Source: Eledone cirrhosa (lineage: Eukaryota). From it: a stretch of DNA of 64,000 bases. The notes beneath the pieces are model-generated. The model was given only the letters and a program-made list of their open reading frames with translations. It was not told the DNA's origin and did no database searches. This document shows positions 1 to 13,043 of the stretch, in pieces. The position numbers and the translations under genes were made by a program. The stretch lies in assembly GCA_964016885.1 (NCBI GenBank), contig OZ024746.1, positions 47,616,001-47,680,000 of the forward strand. Direction: 5' to 3'. Position 1 is the stretch's first letter. Each line of letters begins with the position of its first letter.

Positions 1-2196
1 ACACAAGGTTTCAGTCCCATGGCAGAGCTTGTTCTCTTCTGCTCATAAATGTCTTATAACATTTGGTTAATTTACAAAGCATTGAGAGACTTTGAAACTG
101 GAAAATATGTTTGCTTTTTACTTTTGCGAAGCTGCCACAATGCAGATAACTAAATTTGTCTGCCTTTCTGTTTTTGTTCCCATCCAACTTTTCTCTAACT
201 AAATAATAGTTGAATAAGTCATGTAAAGTACTCTTGGAGACAAGAAAAAGTGAACAAGAGTGCCATATACATGTCTGTCAACTTTTTTCCACCTGCAGGA
301 ATACTTTACCCAACTTATTTAACTATTATTTATAGTTATCTGGATTGTGGCTGTCTCCCCAAAGGAAAAAACAAACATATTTTCAAATTATATTTACATA
401 TTTATTTGATGCATGTAAAATAAACAATTTTAATAAATCAATGACTACATAGCATAAAATTAAAAGGGTAAAGTCACTCATAGATAAAGAAGCAGAGTTC
501 AAAAACAGTTCACAACAAATGCAATTTCTGCCAATCAAAAAAAAGAAATTAGATAAATAAACATGCAATTGACCTTACTGATAATTTCAGAAAGTCATTC
601 TGAAAATATGTGATAACTGATAATAGAACTCTTTTTCATAACAAATCTGATCCCTTTTGATCAAGCTCAAGAGATCAAGACAAGTATGTTCAATTAAGTA
701 ATGAGTAAAATTGTATATGGCCTTTATAACAAAAACTGATCTCTTTCTCTACTGACGATGAAATCTATGCTAATTGCTAGATTAACTGATACACCTTCCA
801 CATAAGGCCAATTTCTTTTAAAGAAACTAGATAGCCCTTGAAGCTAGATTCAAGAAGGAAGAGGATTGGCAGAATTGTTAGATTGTCAGACAAAATACCC
901 TTCACTATTTGATCTGGCCCTGTACATTCTGAATTCAAATCCTACCAAGATCAAATAAAACAACAGTCAAATACTGAAATGAATCTAATTGACTGATACT
1001 GATTTCCCCCAAAATTCTTCAAGAAAAGAATGAGAATGTTTCAGTGAAGAACAGCAAACCAAGGTATGATCAACTTTGAAAGACATTGTGTTAGTTGAAG
1101 ATTCACTATAAGAAAATTCCATATTCAAAGTGATTATAAAAGGAATCAAATGAAAAAGCTAAATTAATATGTTGAGATAAAGTTCACAAAGAGGCTGAAA
1201 TTAACAATGTGTTATATACAAACATTTAAATTAAATTATTATCAGAATTAAGTAGTCATTTCCCCACATTTCACTATCTTAACATACAACTATCATTGTA
1301 ATAAATTGTAAGGAAAAGAAAAAGATAAATCTTTCCTAGAACAGTAGCATTTTTCCATAAAGCTAAGGACTCGTTGCATATGTAGTACAGCATCTTTTCA
1401 TGCACTGCATTGACATTTTTCTCAACTCTGAGTCCTTACTTTCCAGAATGTGATATTATTAGTTTCATGCAGCAACTATCATCCATTTACATGTTAAGTA
1501 AAACTAGATCATGATATCACAAGTTCCAACCCTAGAATTACCCCTAACAAAAGATACCTTAGTAAAACATAAGAGCTACTCACACTTTAGTGGTAGGACG
1601 ATTAGGTATCTATCTGTAAAATACTTCAATCAAAGCTAAATTTCAGTAAAACAATTATCAGAGTTGAAAAAAAAAAATTAAAAAAATAGAACTGCTAACA
1701 AGACTATAATATTATCATTAGTTTTACATCTACTTTTCTAAGCTGACATAGCTAGATGGGCTTGGCATACAAACATCTTAATATCGAAGAAAAATTTCTT
1801 GGATATTAAAAAGATATGAACTTGTGTATCTCAGTCTCCTATTTCAAAATCCTAACCTTGATCTATAAAGTTGCTTAAATGTTTCCTAATTGATTTAATT
1901 TCTATTCAGAACTGATAAACCAAGATTGTAAGGAATGATGTATGACAATTTAAATATTGAGAAGCATTAAACATTATATTTACGGTACTATAAATTTTCA
2001 AGTTAAACATCTTTATTTATGATACTATAAATGACCCTTTTACTAACATCAACAAATATCACACTTTAAAATATTGAGTGTACTGTTCTTATTAATTCCT
2101 CACACTCATTCACATATGGATGTCATTTCAAGAACATACAATAGAAGTAAAACTGATTTGACATTTAGGAAAATCACGAAAGACATTAATACTCAC

Positions 2197-2324
2197 TTCA
2201 GCATATGGAACATCTTGTTGAAGCTTGAAATCTGGATTGCCTGATTGAGAGAGTCGAGCCACTTCGCTCTGGTTACCCAGTTTACCCCACACATAATTTT
2301 GGACTGCACACTTCAGAGGAAATA
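2197..2324 (-). CDS. MPI: Mannose-6-phosphate isomerase, internal coding exon (equivalent to vertebrate exon 2)
   Basis: The minus strand reads (V)FPLKCAVQNYVWGKLGNQSEVARLSQSGNPDFKLQQDVPYAE, matching the type I PMI N-terminus (human [25 protein letters not shown]...KPYAE). It is bounded by ttttaaAG and GTgagt, is 128 nt long, and has a phase 1 start and phase 0 end. It is absent from the ORF track because it has no ATG. Confidence 0.95.
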
Positions 2325-2589
2325 CTTTAAAAATAATATAAATAAATAAAAATTAAAAACAAAACAATAAAAACATTAGGAAGCTTATGAAATATAAAGA
2401 ACAGAAAAATAAAAATGATCTTTATATAGATTATAAAATCATTAGATAAAATCTTAATGTAGTAGATCAAATATAACAAGTCAATGAAAATATAAATGAA
2501 AATTATAGATCCAAATAATGTTTTGCATTATTTGTTGAACAATATATCATTTTATACAGAACAGTTACAACATTCTTGTTTTTGTATTG

Positions 2590-5100
2590 GTTTGGAAGAA
2601 AGTGCTGCCCATGGTTTCTGCAGGTTTGACACAGTTAATGTTCCTCTTGTGAACAGTTGCAAGATGACAGGAATAACATGAGCAGGAAAGGTGTTACAGC
2701 AATACAATGTTTTAGGGAGGAAGGACTGCATGCAATGATTAGTACAAGGCTTATGGGAGGACACTATGAGTGATAAGAAAAGGAGATATGAATCATGAAT
2801 GCCTGAGTGGAAGGGGAACAAGATCAGCCAACTCTAAGGAACAGTAGCCACTGTAGAAGTATTAGAAAAGGCAAAGGGGTCAACAAATGTACCAGAGATT
2901 GGAGTTTGTTGGTGAGGGAACGTGTGCCAATCAGTTGGCAGCATTTTTAAAATGTCATCCAGGATCTCTGTATGTGTTGCAGTAGCACCATTCCAGATGT
3001 GGGAACAATGGTTACAGCTGAGCTTTGTAATGGGCTAATTGTTCTTCAGAGCTTACATATTTTCTGGCTTTGAAGAGAAACACTAGTGTTCATGATACCA
3101 GATTCTAGTTGTATGATATTCATATTTTAGCAGGTGGGTACAGTAATGTTTTCTTGATATGTGGAAGTATGTCTTTGTCGTATTCAAAGAGACAAGATTA
3201 GATTGATCATAATAGTGACTGTTTCTGAAGTTTCTGTTCATGTTATTAGTGCAGGTTTAGCAGGATGCATCATATATCATTGATATTTGGGAGAAAGAAT
3301 GTAGACTACATCAGAATTGATAGAGTTTTGGTAAGAATGGAATGAACTGATGAGGCCTGCATTCCAATAGACCAGAGATTGACTGAGCCCATATGCAAGA
3401 AGTTTTTTCCTAATAGATTTATGTGCCAGATGGTTAAATTTTTGTGGATGTCAAGAGCAACAACTTGGTGAAACAAGCATTTTCATAAAAAAATTACTTC
3501 AAGACCTACTAGAAGTAAGAGCAATAGAACAATAGTTGACAATGTTAGGGGTTTGCATTTCTTTTGAAAGTAACAAACTGTAGCAGGTTTCTTAATATCA
3601 GTATAGATCTATGAAGGGAAACAGATTGAAAAGTTTGCCATGGGTACAACCTAGCTCAGGAATTCATTGTTTAGAGGGCAAATGGAAGAAACATTGTTAG
3701 GACTATGTTGGTTTCAAATTACCATAGATGACATAGCACTTGTGTAAATGTACCTGATGGTGGAGAAGGATAGTTTTGAAGATTTACCTAGTGTGAGCAA
3801 TGTGGAGTTGGATGAAAAGCAAGCACAAATGTAGAGGATATTTATATAGAAGTAGTGCTTACGAAACTTTTACAATTTAAAGTGGAGTGAAGGAGGATAT
3901 CAGATATTATAAAGTTAGGAGTGACCTTTTCAACAAGAAATCAAACTGATTAGTTGCAATTTGATACAAATTTCTAATAGAAATAAACCATTTTTTTTAA
4001 TATTCACATATCCCATATCCAGATATTTTCTGTTTATATTAATTTTACATCTGCATGAATGGGCTTTTATTATTATTTGTTACAGCAGCTGCAATGTTAT
4101 TTTTTTTATATATAGATGTTCTTCATGCCACTAACAATTCAAATGTCGAGTAGGAACAGAGCTTGTTTATCAGTCAAATTGGAACAAGCAAAGTTATGTC
4201 ATATTTAGCTGCACAATATAATGAGTCTGGTATGGTTTGAACTCATAACCATTTGATCATCGAAGTAAAATCTGGAATCCTTGGAAATATTTGAGAATCT
4301 GCATCAGCAAGAATGTTAATACAATCCAAGAGAGTTTGTAGGTGTCAAAGTGGTTAAGTAGTGGCCAGCAGAAATGGTAAAGAAATGAATATGCTAAAAA
4401 GTAGAGTCTGCAAGTAGATGTGGAGATCAGTGCAGAGTGAAGAGTGAAGAGTGGATTCTGATGACGGAAAGAATGAAGGCAAGAAGGCAAAGAGAAATGA
4501 TTGACATGAGAGGTAGAGTGCGGATGAGTTAGTTAAAAACAGGGAATGTTAGTGTCAAAGGTGACGGTGATGAGAGAAAGAGTTTGTAGTATAGAATGAG
4601 CTAACCAGTGAAGGGTACACAGTAGCACAACTACAAAAAAAAGAAGTGAAGCAAAGATAAGCACAATAGACAAATTTGAGATGAATATTCAAACCACTCA
4701 AGTAGGAGGTTCTTACTTCGAAATTAAGTTGTACACTGAGTTGATCATTAGCCTTTGGCTTATGAAGTTGGTAAACTCTTGAAGACATAAAAGCAATTGG
4801 GAGAGTGGCCAGCAGAGGTGAAGTGGAGAGCTACACATTTCAGGATGACAGGAACATTATTGTGGAAACTATCAGATATTCAGAAGCAATCACTCAGACA
4901 GCAATCAGTCTCACCTATATATCAGGCATTATAATAATTGCATATAATGAAGTAAATCAGATTAGCATTAGTGCAATCAAAGTAGTCAGAAATATAGGTA
5001 GAGGACTTGGAGCTACATACAGTTGTGGTGTTAGAGAAGTTTTGGATTGCGTGCAAGAGTAAGAAAAGGTTCCGGTTTTTTGGTGTAGTTGGGATAAAAG
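2590..5100 (-). mobile_element. Highly decayed APE+RT LINE (CR1/L2/Jockey group)
   Basis: Minus-strand residual motifs: NYCSIALTS (~3515-3540, cf. NYRPIALTS), VVALDI (~3448-3465) and HCSHIWNGAT (~2983-3010). Many stops and frameshifts; boundaries approximate. Confidence 0.65.
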
Positions 5101-5799
5101 GGCTCTTGACCAGAATGATATATAGGTTTCTGTTATATTTGAAAAAAATTATGATTTTGGGAAGATAGGGCAGTGGCAGGGGTTAGACTTTAGAAGACAG
5201 AAATTGTGAAGGATAGTGTAGTGGAGTATGATGAAAGGCGAGATGAGAGGCAGAGCATGACAGGACAAAGGGCAGTGGTGCAGTTGATAGTGTATAATAA
5301 AAAATGAAATTTACAGTTCACACTTATGCAGGTTTAGCAAGCCTCCTACAAGTCTGCATCTCCTAAGCATTTTAATGAAAGGGGCTCCAGTACTATCATG
5401 AAAAGCAACAATGACAAGCCTGGTTACCTATTGATATGAACAGAAATGTTAATGAGAGGAAGAGCAGGCAAGTGTATATCCTTGGGAACAGTTATATGAT
5501 GCTCTCGTTCTCAATATAGAATTAAAGAACTGCAAATAATGTTCTAAATATGGAAAAAATCATCAAGAATCTGAAATTTTAAAATGGTTGATATATAGCG
5601 AAACCCCAAATACTTGATAGTAACAGAGAACATAAAACCCCAGTACCATCAAATAACATTCTCAAAATGTAGAATGGTATTAGGTAGGAAGTTGATACTA
5701 TTAACTCAGCTTGTGCAATGAATATGAAAAACAAGTCCATTTTCATCTCTGGTAGCCTGACAGAAAATGTGAACTTTAGATGCAATAAAGACACAAGAC

Positions 5800-6361
5800 T
5801 AGTTAGCAATATGGTATCCATACATTGCTCAGTTTACACTATCCGATAGTTTCTGATGTCTAGGTGGTCTAAACAGTGTTAGAGGTGACTCTAATGAAAA
5901 CATACTGGTCAGAAAAAAGAAAGAGTGAAAGAAGTCAATGAGATGTTAACAAAAAGGGTTTTTCTCTTTCTTTCAAAAGGCTGATTATATGAAGAATATC
6001 TGAGAAGTGTGTTACTGTTTGGTAATGAAACATGGGCACTGAATGTGGAAGATCAGTGGAATATTGAGAAAAATTAGATACAAATCATCCAGTAAATGCA
6101 TAAATCATTAAGGTGACAGAACAACTAAACATTAAAAGCATTTACCAAAATATATAAAACAGATAACAGTCTTCATATAGACATGAAATGTCAATATATG
6201 ATGGGTGCTAGGTGAAAAAATATCATACTGTAGCAGAGGACTAAAGAAATGAGAAAAAGTAGTGAGGTCAAAACCAAGAACATTTGGTCTCAACAAATTG
6301 AAACAGGTGGTGATATGCTTGTCCAAGCCATATCAACATAGAAAATAGAAGTCATGATGAT
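5800..6361 (+). mobile_element. Old RTE LINE 3' remnant
   Basis: Contains an LLFGNETWALNVED-like segment at ~6010-6053 homologous to 20645-20690. Ends in a degenerate RTE tail (catagaaaatagaagtcatgatgat). Confidence 0.6.
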
Positions 6362-7109
6362 TAGCATACTTATACATTTAAGTAAAGAAATGTGATAGAA
6401 TAATTCAATTTTATGAAACCAATAAATTTCTACAATAAAATTCAAACTTTCTATAAAGAAATACCTATATGTAATATGCCTGTGAACACATTCTATTTCT
6501 AGTAACTAAATTGTCTATAAAATATTGAAATAAAAAAAAGAAGAAAATAAAATTTTTAATATAAAATTGTAGATTCCAATCAGAAAGCTGAATATTCTAT
6601 TCAATGAAACAAATTTGTGAGCTCTTTAATTAACAGTAAGTGGTCAATTGAAACAGTCTACAATTGAAACAGTTAAATGAAGCTCTGAACTAAATATGCT
6701 ATTAGCACTCAATTAGAAACATTTTGTATTGGCTGTATCTTAAGCAATGAGATTTATGCAAACATGAGCATTAATGAGAATGCAATTAGTTTCTTAAATG
6801 CTTGATATCACTATAATTAATGTTTCCATGTTAATCATTCCATGTTGACAAATTAAACAGAATTTCTTTATTACTTCCATCTGCAGTTTTTTAAATGACA
6901 TATATATTTTAAGCTATTTCAATGCATGATTTTATTTAGTCTTCATTTCAGTAATGAACAACTTATATTTTCTTATCTAATTTTTACTACTCTCATTCTA
7001 GCTTAATATTGACAGATTTTTAATAACTTTATTTTCCTGACTTTCTTTTCTGTTTCTAAATTAGACTTGCACTCATTCCTTTCTATTTTACACTTCTACA
7101 TATACTTCT

Positions 7110-7870
7110 TCCTGGGAGGGTAATGGGGGCAGAGTCCTAAAGCATTCCTTCCAGCAGATCCAGCTGGATCCCCAAACGAGACCAGCCGAGCTCATAGATA
7201 TTATTCAAACATCTTGCTCATGGTCTATCTCTGAGTCTCCTGCCAGTTGGTTTTGCTCATAAAGTCTGTCCAGTGATTCTATCTTTAGACATTCTGAACA
7301 TAGGTAATGGTAGGCACAAACACTGAATTGAAGATAGTGAGTCCGAATACAGATGCTTCCTTGATACAGTGTTAGATGTAGTTAAGACTATATCCTAATG
7401 AGAGATTTCAATGCACATGTTGGCCCTAACCACCTGACATGGAGTGGAACAATTGGAAGAAATGGCAATTCTGATCTAAATACAAATGGAAAGGTCTTAG
7501 ACTTCTGTTCTAGTAATGGGCTCTCTATTATGAACACCTTCATAAATATACATACTATAAAGGAAATAGGAGAGTAATTGATTTTGTGTCTGATTCTGTG
7601 CTGGATTTTCATGTTAAGAGAGGGGATGAGCTGTCAACTGATCACCATCTAGCTATATGCAACCTGAGATTTCCTAAAGCCAAGAAAACCCATAAAGCTA
7701 GCAGGTCCAGTTCGACCTACAAGATGAAGTGGGAAGCGCTGGCTGACAAGGAGATCAGGACCAGGTATGCAGATACTATTGCATCCAAATTCAGAATTCC
7801 TAGAACAAACTGAGGACATTGAAACAGAGTGGAAACTGTTCAACTCAGCAGTTTCTGCGTCAGCTGTTAC
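7110..7870. mobile_element. RTE-clade LINE fragments: APE domain on + (about 7390-7870), C-terminal piece on - (about 7110-7300)
   Basis: Plus strand: DFNAHVG, IGRNGNSDLNTNG, LDFCSSNGLSIMNTF, VKRGDELSTDHHL. Minus strand: GRRLRDRP...ELGWSRLGI, resembling an RTE C-terminus. Confidence 0.7.
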
Positions 7871-7930
7871 AAATAATCAATACAAGGCCGTACAATTGTG
7901 AAGTGAACATCTTAACCATATTATCATATA

Positions 7931-9040
7931 CATAGTTGTTCAGTTCTGTAAGGACGCATCCTTTAATAGCTCTAACATTCATTTTTCTACCTTGTTCTGA
8001 TTATCATTTCTTTTCAAATAAATGATAGACATCATGTTGCATGATTGTTGCCAAAGTTTGCAAAAAGCTGGAATTCACCGATAGTGATTCTACAGCAGTA
8101 GCCAAACAAAATTAAAGATCCTAATGCCATTGTTACACTAAAATTAGTAGGAAAGGTGCAAAAAAATATCAGTATGAACTCCAGAAAGTCAGTTAGCATC
8201 ATTGCTAAGGAACTCAATGTTTCAAGGCACACAATCAGAAGAGTTGTACATGAGGACCTTTGATACAACTCATATGTAATGTGGAGAGGCCAATTCAAGT
8301 CTGCTAAGGCAATAGATAACCGTCTGAACTGTGCAAAGTGCTTTTTGAGCAAGTTGAAAGATCAAGAGCCTGGAATGCTTTGGTTTTTCTCTGATGAGAA
8401 AAATCTTTGATCAGGACCAAAAGAATGACAGATGATTGTGCAGACTCTAAAGATGTTCCAATGGTCATACACCACAAAGTTTCTGGCAACTGTGATAGTT
8501 CTGGGAGTCATGAGCAATGAGGAAGTTGTCACACCTCAATTCTTTCCTGGGGGGTTAAGGGTCAATGTTGCTGACTATAAGGAGGTGCTGGAGAGAATTG
8601 TGAGGCCTTGGATAGAGAATGTAAGCAAAGGAAGACAGTACACCTATCAACAAAACTCTGCAGTCTCATAAAGCTAAGATGACTCAAGAATGAATGAGTC
8701 ACATCACCCTAAACACATAGCCTCCTAACTCTCCAGACTCCGGACTACTACATAAGGGGCATAGTCAATTAATGTCTCCATAACACTATAAAATCTCTGA
8801 AGTCTGCTATAACTAGCACAGCATCCAGAATAGATAAAGATCATCTGATTTGAGCATGTCAATGTTTAAGACCTTGTATTAAAGCAGTCATTGATGCTAG
8901 TGGCAGATTCATTGAGTAGATATGCCAAGAAGAGTTTTATGATTATTCATGCCAATATTTTCTCAAATAAAGCTCTTATTTCATGAAATGCATATTTTAC
9001 TAAATTCATACAAATGTTCTCAAAGAACTGAGCAGCCCTG
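7931..9040 (+). mobile_element. Decayed Tc1/mariner-superfamily DNA transposon (maT/DD37D-like)
   Basis: TA-flanked imperfect TIRs (TA|catagttgttcagttct ... agaactgagcagccctg|TA). Transposase remnants: FFSDEKN, TKFLATVIVLGVMSNE, FFPGGLRVN, YQQNSA, PPNSPD, DYY. Multiple stops and frameshifts. Confidence 0.88.
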
Positions 9041-9949
9041 TATAATGCATACATTCTTATACGCACACTATCGATTTCCATACAAGTAAGTAGCAGGGAC
9101 TTTAATGGATTGACAAAATATATTGTGTTAGTGCATACATAATACAGCTTATTTTTGTCATGAACCTTCAATAATCATTCAAATATTTAAACAAAAGATT
9201 TGGTGCTGAAAAGACCAATTGACCAGCAAGATAATAGAACCCAATAGAGTAGGAACTTATAAAACTGTCAATGTTCCTACATGAAATCAATCACAAATGT
9301 AGTAAATAAAAATGAAGCTATATTAAAGATTTCATAGAATTATTACAGCAATATTCAGATATTTTATCATTGTTTTTTCAAAAACAAATATAATACACAG
9401 TTTGGTCTTTGATGCAAGAACAATAAATATATTAGTAGATTACACATATAAATGAATTTAAAAACTGATTCTATATGCTATACTATTGAAGTCCAATTTA
9501 AAATAAACCATCAAAACTAATTAGGAAAGGAATTTAAATGATAAATCATTCTTAAATGCAACATTCCAGAAAAATGTACATCACATGTAAACAAAAGTGA
9601 TAATTGAAATGTTTTTATAGGAGATATGAAAGTTCAAAATTTTAGAAAATGCATTGTTGAAATCGTATTAATTTTCAAAGGAATCTTACAGAAATAAAAT
9701 ATCTAGGATTAAGATAAACCAATCAAGATTAGCAATGGTTTATGAGTTAGAGAGGTTTTAATACAGTAATTCTGTATATATCTCAATTCCAAGTATGTTG
9801 GGTCTCACAGATAAAAATTTTTATATGAGATCCAGCATTCTCAGGCTTGGCCTAACTGGAGTCTACCTCTTATAAGTACTTTCATCAACAATAAATAATT
9901 TCCTTAAAAGATCATGTTTCATTTGTTTTGATGGTCTTTTTTATGTCTA

Positions 9950-11103
9950 CGTCAGTGTTCAGATAGAATTTCAATAAAATGGGGCTGAAGATAATAATGA
10001 CTGATTAATGAAAGTCAGAATGGAGTGAATAAACATAATTCTCTACATAGCAAAGACAAAATTCTTAATAAGCAAGAAAGAGAACAGGAGGCTGATACCA
10101 TCAGGAAAGAGGCCTTGTTCAATTTATCAGAAAGAGGTGGGCAAAAATTCTATAAGGTGCACACAGTATAATCTATGGATGTACAAGATGTAATGGGATT
10201 GCAGGCAGGCTAACAAAAGATAGTATGTGGCAGATGCATGGGTGAAGTAAACACTAAGAGCACATGTGAAATAGATTCTTTCCATTGCCAGGGAGGCCTC
10301 TTAGAAGTTGTTGACAGTTTTTGTTACCTAGATGATCTAATTATCAGTGGGGAAAGATGCATTGAAAGTGTGATAGCCAGGATCAGAACAGGTTGAAAGA
10401 AGTTTAAAGTGTTGATACCTCTGCTGACAACAAAGTGCTTTTTTCTTAGAGTGAATGAAGGGTAAACTGTATGATGCCTGCATGCAAACTGCAAGCTACA
10501 TGAGCCTTGACTGCAGAAGATCTGCAAAGGCTAGAAAGAAATGAAGCGAGTATGCTACGATAGATGTGTAATATTAGTGCGCATGAACGATATAGTCTAA
10601 GTGAACTGAGAGAAACATCTAGGCATAAGAAAATTTGGATGTAGTGCGCAAAAGTTGGTATGGACATGTGATGACATACTCATCTTCTGCCACTATTCCC
10701 ATAACTGCTTTCTCTGCCTGGAGACAGACACAACAACCCCCCTTGTGTTGTAATGAGGTAGTGCTGGTGCCATGATAAAAAGCATTCAGCCTACCCTATA
10801 AAAACTAGTGTTAGGGCAAAAAATACCCAGCCCACCTTGAAAGGCAGTAGCGCTGGTGTTATGACAACCTCCCCCAACACACCCTATAAGGTGGTGGTGC
10901 TGATTCCATGAAAAAAGCACCCTGTCCACTCTGTAAGATGGTAGTGTTGGAGTCACAATAAAATGCTCCCAGTACATGCTGTAAAATAGTTGACATTAGG
11001 AAGGGCATCCAACCAAAAATGTGGTCACCTGACCAGTCTATCTTCAGTCTCTGATAACCTATCGATCTCATGCAAGCGAGGAAAATAGACGTCAAACAAT
11101 GAT
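9950..11103 (+). mobile_element. Decayed RTE LINE 3' part (related to 19323-21436)
   Basis: VVDSFCYLDD...SVIARIRTG*KKFKVLIPLL...LYDACM is homologous to ORF 20465-21043. The 3' UTR contains ttaggaagggcatcca and the terminal aaatagacgtcaaacaatgat. Confidence 0.85.
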
Positions 11104-12908
11104 TTCAAAACCCTCATATCAGGAGTGTTTTAATGTTTGACATATCACAAGTCACATGGTCATGATATATGTATGCTGCATGTGTAGCTGTCACCATACT
11201 GGATATTGATCTTGGCACAAAATTGTTATATATCTTCCATGATTAAGCACCTATCTTTGTTTGAAATTCCATAATGTTCTCCCATCTAGCTGTTTTATGA
11301 TGCAGTGTGTTGCAATTGCATTTAAATACATGGTAAGCCATCAAGAGGGTATTGTACTTGTAGCAATTAATTTCATGAAGTTTACAACTTTCATTTTTGC
11401 AGTTGAATTTGTACATCACATTCTTTCAGCTAGATTCTTACCATATGGCAGCAACCCCACCAAGCTTATTTGTCGAGGGTCTGATTTTAGGACAATATGT
11501 GGGATGAGAAACAAAACTCATGAGAGGGTGACGGAACTAAGAGTTAACCAGCCATCCAATAGTGAGCAAGGGCTCGTCTACCTATGCAAATAAAGACTGA
11601 ATCCAGCAGACTACTACCTGGTGGTCCAACGAATGGAAAGGCAGAACTAGCACAGCATTGTGGAGCACAATTAGGGCACAGTAAGACATGCATGGCACTG
11701 ATAGCCATCCATTGCACCTTGACTTTATCTTGCCACTGGTTACAGATAAATCAGAATAAGTGAGTGAGGCTAATGATTTGTGCAATTCTCTCTCTCTCTC
11801 ACTTTAATCCAAGTTAAGTGCAAGTCAAGTCATTGGATTTTATTTTTCATGTAAGCTTAAATAATATATTGAATATTCCTTTCACAGAAATATAAAATTT
11901 AGAAGACACATTTCTTGTTTGTAAGACAGGTATTAGTGCACACACATTTTGCAAGATAATATAGCCATTCTGTGAAGCTTCCTTGGCATTGTAAAGGTAC
12001 TAAGATTAGAGTTTAATCTTTTATAATTTTCTTGCTTGATTCTGCTAAGAAAATGAATTTAATCCATAGGAATAATTGCAATCACTTGAAAGAAAGTGGT
12101 TCACCTATCCTTTGTAAGGTTCTACAGTTGAAAAATTCATTTTGGCTTGTGGAGTAGTATATTGAAATATTGTAAATGAAAAATTTAGTGAATACCAAGT
12201 TTATATATTATTTGCAAGTCATGAACACAGGGACACTTAAATTATCTGTATTGTATTATCTTCATTAAATATGGCAAATAAATCATTACTTGTTGTCCTC
12301 TAATAAGTCAGATTAGTCTTCTGTAAATTTTGAAATTCCAACTTAGTTTAGCTGACTTTTTCTTGATAGGAGATATGGTGTCTTGGTATGCGATCGATTT
12401 AACTGTAATGGAAAATATCAAATCTTAGTATTTTTTTTACATGGTTTGTAACAGATATCATGTTAATGTTTCCTTTCTACAGATTCTGTTGCAGTGTGTG
12501 CACAGGAGAAAACAAAAAGGAAAAGATTCTCGAGTACATAATATTCACTTTCAGGACTGAAATAAAACCACTAAAGACAAATGTGGATTTTATATATGGT
12601 TTTAGCTGAATATTGTATAGGTTAGATATTAATGGAAAGAGAAATATTAAATGGATGAGCATTATACATCAGTTGTAATGATCTAGTTTGGTTTGATTCA
12701 ATAGCTCTACTAAATTAAATAAATTGTTATTGTTGCAGCCTCAGGTGCCACTTATCACTTAACAATAGCTCAAGACATCATAGTTATAAACTATATTTAA
12801 CTTATTAACTAAGTGAGGAAAAATTGTTTTTTTTTCAATAAGAAGCTAAGGTGATGAAGATTGAACCATCATCTAAGAACTAATGATTAGCAGCCTATCT
12901 GCCACAGG

Positions 12909-13043
12909 TCATCATCATCATCGTTTAACGTATGTGAAACAGTTCTGTAAGAGCAAGACAAAGACTTGCCTCATATGGAACAATCTGCCTAACCCATGTT
13001 AGTATGGAAAATAGACGTTAAACGATGATGATGATGATGATGA
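12909..13043. repeat. Two RTE 3' termini joined in inverted orientation
   Basis: Starts with (tca)n-tcgtttaacgt and ends with acgttaaacg-(atg)n. The right part is the usual aacccatgttagtatggaaaatagacgttaaacgatgatg RTE tail. Confidence 0.75.

Noticed and set aside
130-190. Minus-strand WMGT at ~175-186 as MPI exon 3 (LWMGTHP)
   Set aside because: It reads SWMGTKTER and then stops, lacks the catalytic-region HP, and has no polypyrimidine acceptor. Exon 3 is probably outside the window.
12290-12402. Exon-like segment with ttttccattacAG acceptor, and GTAAGT donor at 14654-14659 (minus strand)
   Set aside because: All frames have stops. These could be 5' UTR exons but cannot be supported without transcripts.
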